Positions 37,581-51,002 of a stretch of 64,000 nt of DNA are shown here, one piece after another. Source of the stretch: Camelus dromedarius (taxonomy: Eukaryota). The stretch spans positions 43,092,001-43,156,000 of the forward strand of contig NC_087437.1 of assembly GCF_036321535.1 (NCBI RefSeq), given 5' to 3'. Both the position numbers and the translations under genes were made by a program. Numbering within the stretch: the stretch's first letter is position 1; every line of letters begins with the position of its first letter. The notes under the pieces were generated by a model. It searched no databases. It had not been told where the DNA came from and was given only the letters and a program-made list of their open reading frames with translations.

Positions 37581-39002
37581 ATGGAAAACATGTGGTTGAA
37601 TAATCTAACTGTACTGAGGAAGTTGCATGATGTAGGAGTTCGGGGCTCTCATGGTGTGTTTGACACCTGAATTCCACTCACTAAGAGCCTTAAATTCTGG
37701 AGGGAATCTGGGGATCCTTCTGCTTCTGAAAAAGCCTTTCAAACAATCCTACTGTTTTTAGACTTGGATTCACCACCCTTCCAACTACTTGTTTGCCAGT
37801 TCTTGGAACATGTGGAGTTCTGCAGAGAAACTGAGTTGGTTTTTGACCTTATCTACTGTCACCTTAGAAATCAACTTTCTTAGCTAAGTACTTTGTTTCT
37901 TGGGTTTGTTTTTGTTTTTGTGTTTTTGCATTCTAGTTTCCAAAATGATACCATTGTCTCCTTTCTCTTGTTATTGTGAGATTTTTGCCTCTTTCAAAGG
38001 ATCTGAGTTGTCATTTTAAGGGCTTTTGGGGATAATGAGGGCTGCTAACACAAAAGTTTTGCCTTGAATTCATTCTTTTACAGTGTGAATACTTTCTTTC
38101 TAAAATCATTAGTTGGAAACCTGATACACACTCTTGTTTTAGAGTATTTTAAAATGTGGTGCATATATTTTGCCTTCAGCTAAAAACATTAGAATTACCC
38201 CACCCACTCCAAAGTCCCAGCTTCACTCACTTCATGCTCAGCAACATTAAATAAGTAAGTAAATAAATAAACAAACACCAAGTCTTCCTGAGAGAGAGAA
38301 AATGATGGATACTTGATAGTTTTGAAAAGTACTGGATGACAATGCTTGTTGGCAGTGTTCTTCCCAAAAGTTTCTTATTACTTCATTTTTTTTCTCTCAT
38401 AAAAGCTGATAAAAGTGACAGCAGATGTATGCCCAGATCTACTGTGGGAGTGAGAAACCCAAGTTTGAAAGTGCATAGACACTTTTACCAAAATTCAATG
38501 AAGGGGATTGAAAGAAATTAGGTTGCATCAACCCTACCAATAAAACACAGATAATTAAGGAAGAAAAATGGTATAACTTCTGTATGTAAGTTAAAGTACC
38601 TTAACAGGCATGGTGACAGTGTATATATTAGCAGATGCTGTGGCTGTGCATATTTATGCCATAGGTCCAAAATCCCACATCCTACAACGGTTAGCATACA
38701 GGAGGAACTTTGATCTCTGTAGACACAAGTCCCACTGCTTCGTATATTCCTTAGGTATAATCTAACGTATAACCTAACTTACTCTTTCATTGATTCTTTA
38801 TTGGGTATAATTCCATTAATTACTTTATAAAAGAGAGAAATAGCTTGGAACAGATGAGTTTTGATGAGAAATAGGAAGAGTGACCTGGATTCTTAGGGTG
38901 GAATCCAGGACAGTGACCTACAAGAATGATAATCTGAATTTTTTACATGCTAGAATAATGCTACTTCTGATTTCGATACTGAAGCATTTTGGCTACTCTC
39001 AC

Positions 39003-39088
39003 CTCAATCTGGAAATAGCACAGAACCCTCTTGTTCAAGCCGATGACTTCCAACGTGTCCTCTATCAGTGGTGCATGCTTTTGCAGAG
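39003..39088 (-). other. Candidate spliced exon (minus strand, 86 nt), product unknown
   Basis: Minus strand: branch point ccCTAAC, T-tract and ccag acceptor, donor GAG|gtgaga. Lies in non-repeat sequence. Confidence 0.4.
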
Positions 39089-41329
39089 CTGGCAAAAAAA
39101 TCGGTTAGGGTGAAGAAGTTATCAAAGCTTTCTTGCTATTTTGCTTTTGGTTCAAAGCTAAAGGTGCTGCTACCCTAAGACTCTCTTTGGCTTAATCTTG
39201 CTAGTCCATCCCCAGGGCTCTGTTTCAAAGGTACAGAGGTGTAGTGTTGATTCCAGTGCTACTGAACAGTGGTCTCTAAGTGGAGGCCCCCAGTTATCCA
39301 CTGGGTGTAAAATCTGTATGGAATGTGCATTGTAATCTATTCTTACTGGACTGTATCTGTATGATTTATACACATGCATAAAATGGAGGTCCATCCTCAA
39401 AATATCTGTCAAACTATCCTATAGAATAAGAAAGGTATTCAAAGAGAATGAATCACTCATGTAGCCTTATTTGGGGCTTCTGTGGAGCTAGGCACACAAT
39501 TATTGCAATTCTCTCTTCTCCAGCAGAGAAATGTAGCACCAAGAATTTGAGACCTAAGGTTGTCTCATTAGGCAGATGAGTCCCTTAAATTCTATTGTCT
39601 CTATTTTTATATTTTAATCAAGGAATCTTGGCTTACCACTAGTGTCACTATGAGCAATAGCCAGGGCAAGTAATAATAAAATAACCAGTGAAAATGAAAC
39701 ACAAATATAGAAGAATTTTAGAGTTCAGAAGGGTGCTAAATTAAAATATATGTATTCTCACATTATATTTAATTGTGATGTATAAACTGTTAAATACAAA
39801 GTAGATTAAAGGAAAGGCATTTGTATTGTAATTTTTTCAAATAAGCAAATAGTGACTTCTAAGTCTATTCTTATTTGCTGCCTTCTCTTTTTGCCAAAGT
39901 GTCAGCTCTTTGTAACACAGCTGAAATGACAATCCCTGTGTGATGGAACCATCTACCTGGCTTGTACAAGGGTATGTCAGAAATGTTAACCATGTGGGAG
40001 TCATCTAAGAGCAAATAAGAAAAACCAGAGTCATTTAGCACTTAGAACCTTCCAGAGCAGCAGTTTAAAAAATAGCCTTGGGCCACAGAGTCTACTTTGC
40101 TAGCTAGCATCCTGGTTTATTATATGAAAAGGACACTATGATGCTTTGATCCCTGATTCACACATTTCAGAGCATTGCTAGCTTCAAATCTTGATGTATG
40201 TATTGTTGCTGCTTATTTGTGACTCTCTGGGCTTCTTTGTGTGCCTTTATTTCAGTGTGTTATCTTTATTGCTTTCATTATCTGCATGCTTGTGTTTGTT
40301 TTTAGCTAGCACTTATATGTGTGTGATTCTATATTTTGTCAAAATTCCTTATCATAACGGGGCTCCATGTCAATATTGATCTTGTTGGCTAAGTGTGATT
40401 CCTGAAAATCTTTTGTGTTTTGTTCTGAATTTACTTAACTTCTTGTATTTAATTGATGGTTAGGTAGGTTTTCTTCTTCTTTACTCTGTTGGGTTATGCA
40501 GATCTTCTACCCTAAGTATATAGCAAAAGAAAATGAAGTACATGTTCTAATAAAATGAATGCTTATTCTTGCCATTCTGTAGAAAGCTCCATGACATAGA
40601 GAGAGTGGAGGCAGGTGAATTATGTTCCACCATGTCAGCCCCAAGCTAAATGGAGCTTTATCTTTTTCACACAGTGAAAGTATCTAGAGAGAATGTAAAG
40701 TAGTTTCCATTGTACAATGAGTCACTCATTAAAGTCAAATGACGTCCATGGAACACTTGTTTCAGACATCACAGCTATTGGGGCAAAAGCTAGTTATCAA
40801 AGAAAGGCAGAATACCACACTGGACTGATCATACTTTTGTATTCTTTTCAAGTGAGAAACATACTTTGGAGTAAATTAAAGACATTTGCTACATATATTC
40901 ATTGAAATTTATGTCCCTCAACTTTCAAGTCTTGTGTTATAGGTTTCTGAATATATTTGCATTTTTATAACCTCTAGAAAGTTATCAAAACTATTAAATT
41001 GCCTGAATAATTAATAGTCAAAACCATCCTAGTCAGTTAGTATGAGAATGCCATTTGAGTGAAGATCTTTGGAACATGATGCTTTATATACTAACTCACC
41101 TGTACAACCTGGAGGTAAAACCAAACAGTTTCAAGGGACAAAAGCTCCTTTAATACATGATTCTTTATCTAAAACAGTATTAAAAGGCTAGAACCTTACT
41201 ACTAGTTTAAAATGAAGAATCAGAATAAAAAATACATGATGTTGTCCACTATAAAGTCTCTTTGGTGACAAAAATACTGATTCATATTTTATCTGAGTCT
41301 CCCCAGTATGTCCTCCCTTCACATTACAC

Positions 41330-41940
41330 TTGGAGGTATCACTATGCACTGGAGAGATGTTTGGCTCAATTTTAGACTCAACCATTTACTCTTTGTGTGG
41401 CCGCGAGTTAATGAACTTCTCTGGGCTTGAGTTTCTTCAGTTGTAAACCAGAAGAGGATGAGAATGCTTTTAAAATGTTATTTGAAGAGACTGGAGAACA
41501 AGCATGGATGATAGTGCCCATTTAAAGGTCTGTTACGATAGGCCACTTGAGAATGATCGTGCCTTTCATGGAAGGTGTAACAGCAGGGATGGAGATAAAT
41601 GCAGTAATTAAAGAAATATTTAGATGAATAAGATCCAGAGAATTAAAAATAGGAGTTGAAAAATTTTGTAGAGTTTCTCTAGGATTCCAAAAGAAAACAT
41701 TTGGCTGGTAACTATGATAATTATAGTAGTTAAAGTTTATTAACAGCGTACTACTCAACGTGTGTGTGTCTTAATGAAAGGTGAGTGATGTGGCCACATT
41801 TTTCAGCTGGGGAAATTGAAATCAGGAAAGGCATGCGCCTTCCCTGTCATCCCATGGCTGATAAGTGGGAGCATCTGGATTTGAATCTCCATCTGTCTGA
41901 CTTCAAAGTCCAAGTTCCCATCATTAGGCACCATACCAAA
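41330..41940. mobile_element. Two MIR SINEs (+ ~41330-41520, - ~41720-41940)
   Basis: ttaatgaacttctctgggcttgagtttcttcagttgtaaa and ggatttgaatctccatctgtctgacttcaaagtcca. Confidence 0.7.
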
Positions 41941-43115
41941 CTAGGTGGTAAGAGTACATGGTTAATATTCTACCACATAGCGGTAGTGATGGTATGTACG
42001 GAGCACTAACAATTCCCCTTGGGCTACCGAGTTTGCCTTCCACCGTTGGAAGAAGAATCTCTTCTTTGATTACATATTTGGCATGTGTGCTTCTAGAACT
42101 GTGTATGACCAGACATGTCTTCGTTGTGATTAGAGAACTGTATACTCTTCCTTGTCTTTAGCTATCTCTTAAATGCAGCTACGATTCATGACTATAAATT
42201 ATCTAGAATCAATTAGTAAATTTTGTAATCCAGCATTTTTGGCCATTTAGTGAAGTTCATTAGAATAGCCATTTCATTGAATGGCATGTTGAATTAACTA
42301 TATTGAATGAAATGTGATCTACTTATGCCATGTGCGCTGTAAATTTGCAGTGTAGGGCAAATCAGAACAAGAAGCAGTGTGTGCAACAGCATTTGGGATC
42401 CTGGCTAATTAGACGACAGCAGTGTTTTAATAATTAAGTTGCTGTGGGTTGATTGCTGAAGACATTGGTCTGTCAGAACTCAAATGACAAGACTCATGTG
42501 AGTGTTTGCACATAGTAAATTCCTTAATCATTTCACTCTTCATTGTATGGCTTATAATTCTGTTACCTTCTGCTGAGAGATGAACAAGCTATCTTTCACT
42601 GGTTGTTGAACACTTCTTTCGTGTGCATTCGTGACAAAAGATTATTACGCAATCTTAAGAAGAAAAATATTAAGGCTGTTCAATTCCATTGTCAAATAGG
42701 CCCTTGTAGGTCCTAGACTTAATCATAAAGAAGGAATAATGAACTGAGACTCAGACAATTTGCTTCTAGGCATAGTACTGCTACTTAAAAAAAATTCAGC
42801 TTTAACAAAGTCACTCTATCTCAGTTTCCCTCACATGTGAAATGAGAAGGGTGTACAATTTAAGGTGTTTTTTTTCTGTGATATATAAAATGTAGTCATC
42901 TAACTTTAATTTCATAAACTATATTAAAAATTATTGGAATAATCTGTGCAGTTTAAAGTTGATTCGGAAATCCACTTGAGATATACATTGCTTTCAAGAT
43001 GGCTACATTCTTTCCTATTTTATTCTTTAAAAATATGAGATGTTTGATTCTCTATGAAAAATTGAAATCTTTTTTATTCATCAATATACAGTTGCATTAA
43101 TTTCTTTTACTTAGT

Positions 43116-43300
43116 CAGTCGTAGTTCCCAACTGGAGACATTTAGCAGTGTCTGGAGACATTTTTATTGTCACAAATAAGGAAGTACTGCTCTACTGTTG
43201 GTAGGGGCTAAGGATCCTACAATGCACAGTACAGACCCCTACCCCCAGTAAAGAATTACCCTGCTGAAGATGTCAACTGTGCCAAGGTTGAGAAATCCTA
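43116..43300. mobile_element. MER20 hAT DNA transposon
   Basis: gacatttagcagtgtctggagacatttttattgtcaca...atcctacaatgcacagtacag...gtcaactgtgccaaggttgagaaatcct. Confidence 0.85.
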
Positions 43301-43454
43301 AGCTGAATATGTCCTTAAGAGTAAAAAGGAACTAGTCTGAGAGTCTTATTTTGTAACATATTATAAAGGTACATTACAGTGAAAAATGTATGTTTATTCA
43401 TTAAGTATTTTTAAAGCATCAAACAATATTTAGTTATAATTCTTTTCAATTTCT

Positions 43455-43630
43455 CCAGATTCTGGAGTTGGTAGATATGAATTCATATCCTGACTTTGTC
43501 ACTTGATAGTTGCATGACCTTGAACAACTTATTTCTCTTCTTTTGAGTCTCGATTCTCTCATCTGAAAAGGTGTTTAATTATGCCTTCCTTTCATTGTTG
43601 TAAGACTTAAAATAGAGCATTAAACGCTCA
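43455..43630 (+). mobile_element. MIR SINE
   Basis: gcatgaccttgaacaacttatttctc...tctcatctgaaaag. Confidence 0.65.
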
Positions 43631-44929
43631 TAACTAAAAGCTGTTTAAAACTGACACATAACAATGATCATGTTAACGATGATTTTAATGAATAGCACGG
43701 TTTTATTAATTGATTTACTAAAAAAATTCTATGAATCAAAAATTTCTTTACATTAGTTGTGTTTTATAGCAGAAAAAGAATACCGAGATATGCTTCTGTT
43801 TCTTATTGAAACTAGAGACGAAAATAGTACAAAGCAACTTTTTAAAAACTTTCTTCCATTTATAAATAATATATGGAAAAAATAATTTCGTATGCTGTAA
43901 AAAAGAAAGTACTTGCATTTATAGAAACTGGTGCCAAAATAATAAATAGCGTTGGAAAGATACTGTAAAGAGCTGTGCTGAATAAGAGACGCTCCTAAAG
44001 ATATTAAAACCACCCACAAATGAATCAGAAAAAAACTGCAGTTGAAAGATGACTAGAAATGTGCTGGTGGTTGAGCTGGGAACCATTTTCAACATGCTCC
44101 TTTCCTAAACATTCCGTCTTTTCTGCACTAATATGTTCTGTAAGGGTCAATAACTTTGACCAGAAAACGGTCAAGTGTAGAGCAGTGAATTTACAGACAC
44201 CTGAAAACCAAGCTCCTTGAAAATGATCCATTGAAAATCTGCAAATCAGTGCTATTCTTTTCCAGCATGAGCAGTCCTTTCCCCAAAGGAATTCTGGCTG
44301 ATGAGTAGGAGTACATTATTTGAAAGAACTGCAGAAGAACTTCTTAGGTGTTCTTCCCCTTTAGCAAACTGTTGGGAAGATGGAGGAGTGTTCAGCATGA
44401 GGTATGCTGTCATTATATTTATTCTAGGGATTTTTCAGCACTGTAATTTATTTCTATGCCAAAACAATATGAATTGTTAAAAAATGTACTTCTTCACAGA
44501 ATGAAACAGTTGGATTGGGTCCCTATTGAATTATGCACATATCTTAGCTAAGAGGATGGTATTTTCTGAGTAATAAAAATCACATCATTTTGCAAAAACA
44601 AAATACTTGAAATCTGTACCAGTACATTTCTAAGGACTACTCTTCCAGGTGGACCTAAAATGAACTTCTGAAAAATTTTAACGGTGCCCTGAAAGCTCAC
44701 CACGTCTTTAATTAAGAATAGAGTACATCTGCCGTCTCTAGTCTTTTTACTAAGATGCTTCCTCCTGGAAATGAATACATGGAGACTCTTCCAGAGAAAG
44801 TATGGCCAGATCATTCCTTTTATGAAAATGTAAAGGGCAGCTTGGGTAAGGGAATAATTAAAAGTCTAAACACTAAGCACTTAAGAATTAGCATTTTCCT
44901 CCTCCATGATCCTAAGGCAAAGGATATGG

Positions 44930-45172
44930 AAGTTTTCAGTCACTGAGCACCCACTGTGGGTAAAGCATTCTTCTGATGTCTTTACATATGTTCTCATGGA
45001 ATCTTTCAAGCCACCACGCAGAGTGAGTGGAACTGTGTTGTGTATATTTCATAAAATAGGATACTGAGCTGCAGAGAGGTTAAGCTCATTCAACCAGTGG
45101 TAGAAGGTCTGCATCTGAGTCCAAATCAAAGGTCTCTGAAGTTTAATACCCGTCCCTTGAATCACACTGCTT
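44930..45172 (-). mobile_element. MIR SINE
   Basis: cactgagcacccactgtggg...atactgagctgcagagaggttaag. Confidence 0.7.
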
Positions 45173-46919
45173 CCATTCTTTATTGTTGTTTTATGTGTTT
45201 CTATTTTAAAACTTCCTCAACTGCCTTAAATCTCCCCTGCCAGATGCATTCTTCAGTGTCAGAAGCCCCGGTTTGCACATCTTAGTGCTCATCAAATATT
45301 CAGTATTACTGACTGGCATATGTTTAATCCTTATAAATATTTGTTAAAGAGATGCCAAGATTGAAAACATTCACAAAGTGCATCTTCCTCCATTTGTCAA
45401 ACAAAGGTGGTGGAATGGCATACCTGTCAAAGCATTTAGATATTATGAAGATCAATGTTAAATGAATACGTGGTTATATCCTACTGAGGTGACAAGGTTT
45501 ACATAGTCGACCCTGAAGACTGTAGCATGTGTAAACACTGCTTAACTTCTGTGTAGTTGAATCTCCTCACCAAAAAAAAAAAAAACCCACAAAAATAAAC
45601 AAACAACCCCCCCCCCACAGTTCTCTAGGTGTATGTTCAGAAATGGTATTTGTCTAGAATAATATGAAAAAAGTAAAAAGATATGTATTTCAAAGGAAAG
45701 CATTTACATTTACTGATGTGGTGTCTGCATTTCTTAATGTGCAAAGGGAATAAATGAACTGTAATTAGAAGATCTAAAAGAGTAGTGGCCAAATCCTTTT
45801 GATAAATTGTTTTTATAATAGGAAGTTATAATTATTCATGTTTTTTGGATTCTGAATTGGTGTTAGTTTCTAGCCCCAGTTGATATGATAATGGAGTGCT
45901 GTCCAAGTACTGTGTTTATATGTCTGACCTCCTCTCATGAACACCTGGTGGGCAGGGACTGGCTGTTCACCTTTGTATCTCTGCAGGTGGTTAGCGGGTG
46001 AATTCATACTTTACCAGACTGCTGCATGTGATTGAGGATGCAAATGGTGATATAGTTGGAGAAAGCATCCTGTCTGGGCTGGAAGCTCTAGCTCCAAATC
46101 TTCTTTTTAAATGTCTCTTGACTTTAAGTCCCTAATAAGTAAAATCACAGCATTGCAGGAGTTACGCAAAGCCTTTTCCCCATCAGACACTCGTATTGTA
46201 TTGACACAGATAAGTACTTGCCTAAGGACCCTCTTCTAAAAAGTTAAGTTCTTTATTAATAAGATACATTCATGCAGTTCTGGACCAAACAATAAGCTCT
46301 GACCAAAATGTGTATCATTTTAAATGAAGTATATGCAGTGAGAGTTAAAAGTTATACTATGAAGGGATTTGTAAGCATACCTGAAGTATTCGTGTTAAAA
46401 CAATTTATTGTTTTTGAAGGAAAATTACGTTGTTAGTTCTGTTTTAATCAGAGGATGTCAGAGTTTAAGAATCTTTTCTCCTGTACAGAGATAAGACTAA
46501 CAGATCAATCATTCTCTAACGGAGACTGTCTTGATGGTGCTATCTTTCTTTGAAAATGATCCCAGTGCTTTCTGAATATGCCATAGCCTTATTGCTATCC
46601 TGAGGGTGAAAACTCTGTTCCAGCCACCAAAAAAAAAAAAGAAAAAAAGAAAAAAAAAAGCCTACATTTGCTTGAATACTAACTAAAATGACAGACAGGA
46701 GTAGCTTTATTTATAATATTATTTTTTAAGATACCTATCACCAAAACATCTTGAAATCCAAGAATAACATAATTATTAGTTGCCCCATTAGAACTATTGA
46801 AAATACATATTAACAAACAGAACACTCATTACCTTGACTCACTTAAAAAGCAAATATTACCATTTTATTATATCTGCATATTGTTCAAGATCAATTTCTT
46901 CACACATATTCAGAAACAA

Positions 46920-48500
46920 GAACTTTTTGGACTTAAAATGCAAAAATTTAAAAATATACAGTTAAAATTATAATTAGGTTGCATTTTATTCTGCTTTTTT
47001 TACATGACAGTAGATTGCAAACATCTCTGCCTGCCAGTAAATCTCAAGGAATATCATAATTTTCATGGCTGCTTATAGCTTTCTGTGTGAAACATAATTA
47101 TTTGCTGGGCATTTAGGTTATTTCCATTTTAATTTTTTAGTAATGCCATAATGGAATACGCACACACATGCACACACAACCACGTATGCACACGTATAGC
47201 TTTGTGGGCTTTTCTGATTATTTCCTTGAGTAAATTCCTACAGGTAAATTTGTGGAATTAATAGGTATACACACTTCTTTTTTTCCCTACTTTTAAAAAA
47301 ATAGCTAACTTTAGACTTAGAGAAGTATATCAAAAATAATACGGAGGTTTCCCAACACCCCTCAGCCAGCTTCTTTTAATGTAACATGTAGTGTAATCAT
47401 AGTATGATTGTCAAAACCAAGACATTACATTGGTATCATCTCAACTACAGACCGTAACTGAATCTCACCAGTTTTCTCTGTAATGTCATTTTTCTGTTCC
47501 AGGATCCTATATAAGTTCCCACATGCATTTAGTTGCTATTTCTATTTAGTCTCTGTGACAATTGCCCAGTCTTCTTTTTTCTTTTATGTTCTTGACACTT
47601 CTGAAGAATACCAGTTAGTTGTTTTGTAGACTGCCCGTCAATTTAGGTTTGTCTGATGTTTTCCTATGATTGAAATGAGCTTATGCATTGGCGAGAATCG
47701 CGTCCTTAACGCAGAGCACTGAGGGTTTTGTAATGTTCCATATGTTTCATCATTGGTGATGTTATCCACCTTGAACGTGTGGATAAGGTGGTGTCTCCTG
47801 GATTTCTCCACTGTAAAGCTGCTATATTTCCACCCCCTTGTAATGAATAAGTGTTTCAGAGGAGCTACTTTGAGACTATGCACACATATCCTGTTTCTCC
47901 TTAATTTTTGCCCACTGATTTTCAAATCCATGAGTGAATCTTGCCTGCAACAGTCACTACTGTGGCATTTGTCCATTGGTGATTTTTCTATTTTCTTTCC
48001 CTCTTCCTTGATGCTACACTTTTTTAAATGAATATTATGGAATATTTCAAAAATGAAATATTCAGAAAACAGTAAAACTGATACCTATACAATTCCCCAA
48101 CCTGATTCAATCAACTGGTAGCAGTTGGCACATTAACTTTCGATCTCTTACTTTTGCATATGCTTTTTTGTTTTGATATTTCCTTAGAAATAAAATATAA
48201 CAGGTATCGCTACATTTTCTTCTCCTTACCTTCTACTCCTCCTCCCTCCCTAGGAAGTCGGCATTCATTAATCACATGCATTTTAAATTATATACATGCA
48301 TCTATATTTGACCATAAATACTATAAAGTATTATCCATTTCAAATTTTGATCTAAACCATATCCTACATATATAACTAAATATACTTTCTTGTTTTTTAC
48401 CTGTCAATATTAACATTTTGTCTTTTAGATTTACCAATATTAATACATATAGATTTAGTGCATTCACTTTAGCTGGTGGATAATATTCCATATGTTCAAG
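46920..48500 (-). mobile_element. Cluster of old antisense L1 fragments (L1ME-like flanking an L1MC-like 3'UTR at ~47290-48010)
   Basis: gggcatttaggttatttcc, tgtcaaaaccaagacattacattggta, ggagctactttgagactatgcacacatatcctgtttctc. Confidence 0.8.
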
Positions 48501-48702
48501 GAACTATGTTTAAGATTCAACATTTATCTACACATTTATTGAGCAACTATACTGTGGGGGCCAGGGGATGTTTTATTATTTGAATTTAGAGAGGATCCAT
48601 TAAAGAGAAAGAGGATTTACATTTAGTACAAATAATGCAACAGTATTTGTAATAGCAAATATTTGGAACCATGAAAACTTACTAACTTAATACTAAGTTA
48701 TA

Positions 48703-48860
48703 TTCTCACTGAAAAGAAAAAAAGCAGAATGTGAGGTGATGGATGTGTTAAGTTAATGGGGGTGTCCTTTCACAATGTAGATGTTTATCAAATCATCACA
48801 TTGTGCATTTTAAGTATCTTACAGTTATATTTGTTGGTTTGCCTCAATAAAGCTGAAAAT
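48703..48860 (+). mobile_element. Short L1 (L1MA10/MB-like) 3' end
   Basis: tgtgaggtgatggatgtgttaa...atcaaatcatcacattgtgca...cctcaataaagctgaaaa, flanked by a degenerate gttatat(t)ctca repeat. Confidence 0.8.
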
Positions 48861-48869
48861 GTTATATCT

Positions 48870-49390
48870 CATTCATTCATTTGTGTAATCTATAAATGTG
48901 TGTTTATCATCTATTGTAGGTACTAGAGATTCAATGTCCTTTCCTCAAGAAGCTTACAGTCTAGAGTGAAGATGTAGACCTGTGAACAGTAATATAATTG
49001 TCTAAATACTGTAACTGGCATTTTTCCAAATTATCATGAATTCATAAAGTTAGGCAGTGATCATCAATTTTTCCTTAAGGAGAACATAACCAGACTTCAC
49101 AGAAGTGATAGTTGCCAGGTCTTCAATATGAGAAGGTAGTTGTCAATTTGGTTGAGCTTTCAAAGGAGAAATTAAAAAAAAAAAAAAAAAAGGTGTTTGC
49201 AGAAATAATGAATAGGGAAACACCTAGCTAAATTAAAAGGCATATAATTTAAAATGGGTGTATGAGATGGGAGGTGAGGTAGTAGGAGGGGTGTAGTGAA
49301 ATGAAGCAATAATATTGAAATACAATCCAAATAGAAACCACATCGTGACAAGACTCTCAGTGATTGTAGTTTTCACGTGGTCAGTAACTA
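48870..49390 (-). mobile_element. L2 antisense
   Basis: cattcattcatt...cctcaagaagcttacagtctag...cttcacagaagtgata. Confidence 0.65.
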
Positions 49391-49757
49391 CATGTGTGCG
49401 CTCAGGAAAGAAAGTCTGGGTGGCCCTTCTTTAGTGGTGTGGCTGGGAAATTGATTTCTTCACTGTCTTATTTTTAAAAAATCTTTAGTGTAGGACTACT
49501 AATGCTGAATTTGAAGGGATGCTAGGGGCATAGAATAGTTGTCGCTAACCCCATGCCTAGCCCATAGGAGTTTATCGTAACTACTAAAGCAGTCATTGCT
49601 ATGTTTGCATGCTATGTGCATTTATTTCTTATAATCATTGGAAAGTCATTACAGTCATTTTAAACAGGAGAGTAAATGATTATATTGTTTCATTAAAAAT
49701 TTGGGATGAGACAATTTTATTTTCATTTTGAGTTTAGTTGAAGAAAATTATTACATT

Positions 49758-50431
49758 CTCTTTTTTTTTCCTTAATCATTTCATGTATTTATCTTTTTTT
49801 GTTTGTGTGAGAAAATTTTATTTCTGCTTTCTTAGGCAACTTCAATTATACAATACCATGTTATCAACTATAGTCACCACATTATACAGTGGATCCTCAG
49901 ACCTTATTCAACTTATAGCTGAAAGTTTGCACCTTTTTACCAACCTTTCTCTAATTCTCGCACCACCAACCCCTGACAACCACTTTACTACTCTCTATTT
50001 CTGTGTGTTTGACTTTTTTTTAAGATTCCACTTACAAGTGAAAACCTACAGTATTTGTCTTTCTATGGCTTATTTCACTTAGCGTAATGCCCTCAAAGTC
50101 TATTCATATTGTCAAAAATGGCAGGATTTCCTTCCTTCTCATGGCTGAATAATACCCTGTTGTATCTCTATATGTTACATCTTCCTTATCCTTTCATCTG
50201 CTGATGGACACTTACGTTGTTTCCTAAATTTCTTGTTGTTTCTTGGCTACTGTGAGTGATGCTGTGATAAACATTGGGATGCAGCTATCTTGCCCATATC
50301 CTGTTTTCTTTTCCTTTGGATACATACTCTAAAGTGGGATTGCTGGATCATACGGTAGTTCTGTTTTTATTTTATTTTTTTGAAGAACCTCCATACTGTT
50401 TTCTATAGTGGCTGTACCAATTTGCATTCTC
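49758..50431 (-). mobile_element. 5'-truncated L1 (L1MA9-like) with TSD
   Basis: Classic L1 3' end. TSD aaaattattacatt (49744-49757) / aaaatgattacatt (50432-50445). Confidence 0.9.
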
Positions 50432-50582
50432 AAAATGATTACATTTTTAATTTTAAAAAGAGCAGGGTGATGGCAATTAAAGAATGACTTGAAGGGACTT
50501 AAAAGACAGTAAGAACTCTCAGGAAACTGTTACATTTGTGGAGTGTGTAGAGGGCAACGTGGAACGATCTTTTAATATATTG

Positions 50583-51002
50583 TTTTTATTAGTTTCCTGG
50601 GGATGTGGTAGCAAAGTTCCAAAACCTCAGTGGCTTAGAACAACAGAAATTTATTTTCTCACAGTTCTGGAGTTCAGAAGTCTGAAATCAAGGTGTCAGC
50701 AAGGCCACATTCCCTCTGAAGGTGGTAAAAAAGAATCTAGCTTCTGGTAGTTCTTTGGTTTGTGTCAGCATAACTCCAGTCTTTTTACATCATTCTCCCT
50801 GAGTATGTATCTGTTCTTCACATGGCTTTCTTTTTCTCAAGACACCAATCATATTGGATTAGGGGCCTATCTTGCTCTAGTATGACCTCCTCTTATCTAC
50901 ATGCATCTGCAACTATCCTAGTTCTAAGGTCACATGCTAAGGTACTGGGGGTGAGGACTTCAACATATGAATGGGGGCAGGGGACACACTTCAGCACACA
51001 TT
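50583..51002 (-). mobile_element. MaLR LTR (MLT1B/C-like)
   Basis: gtggcttagaacaacagaaatttattttctcacagttctgga...gaaatcaaggtgtcagcaaggcca...ggtactgggggtgaggacttcaacatatgaat. Confidence 0.85.
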
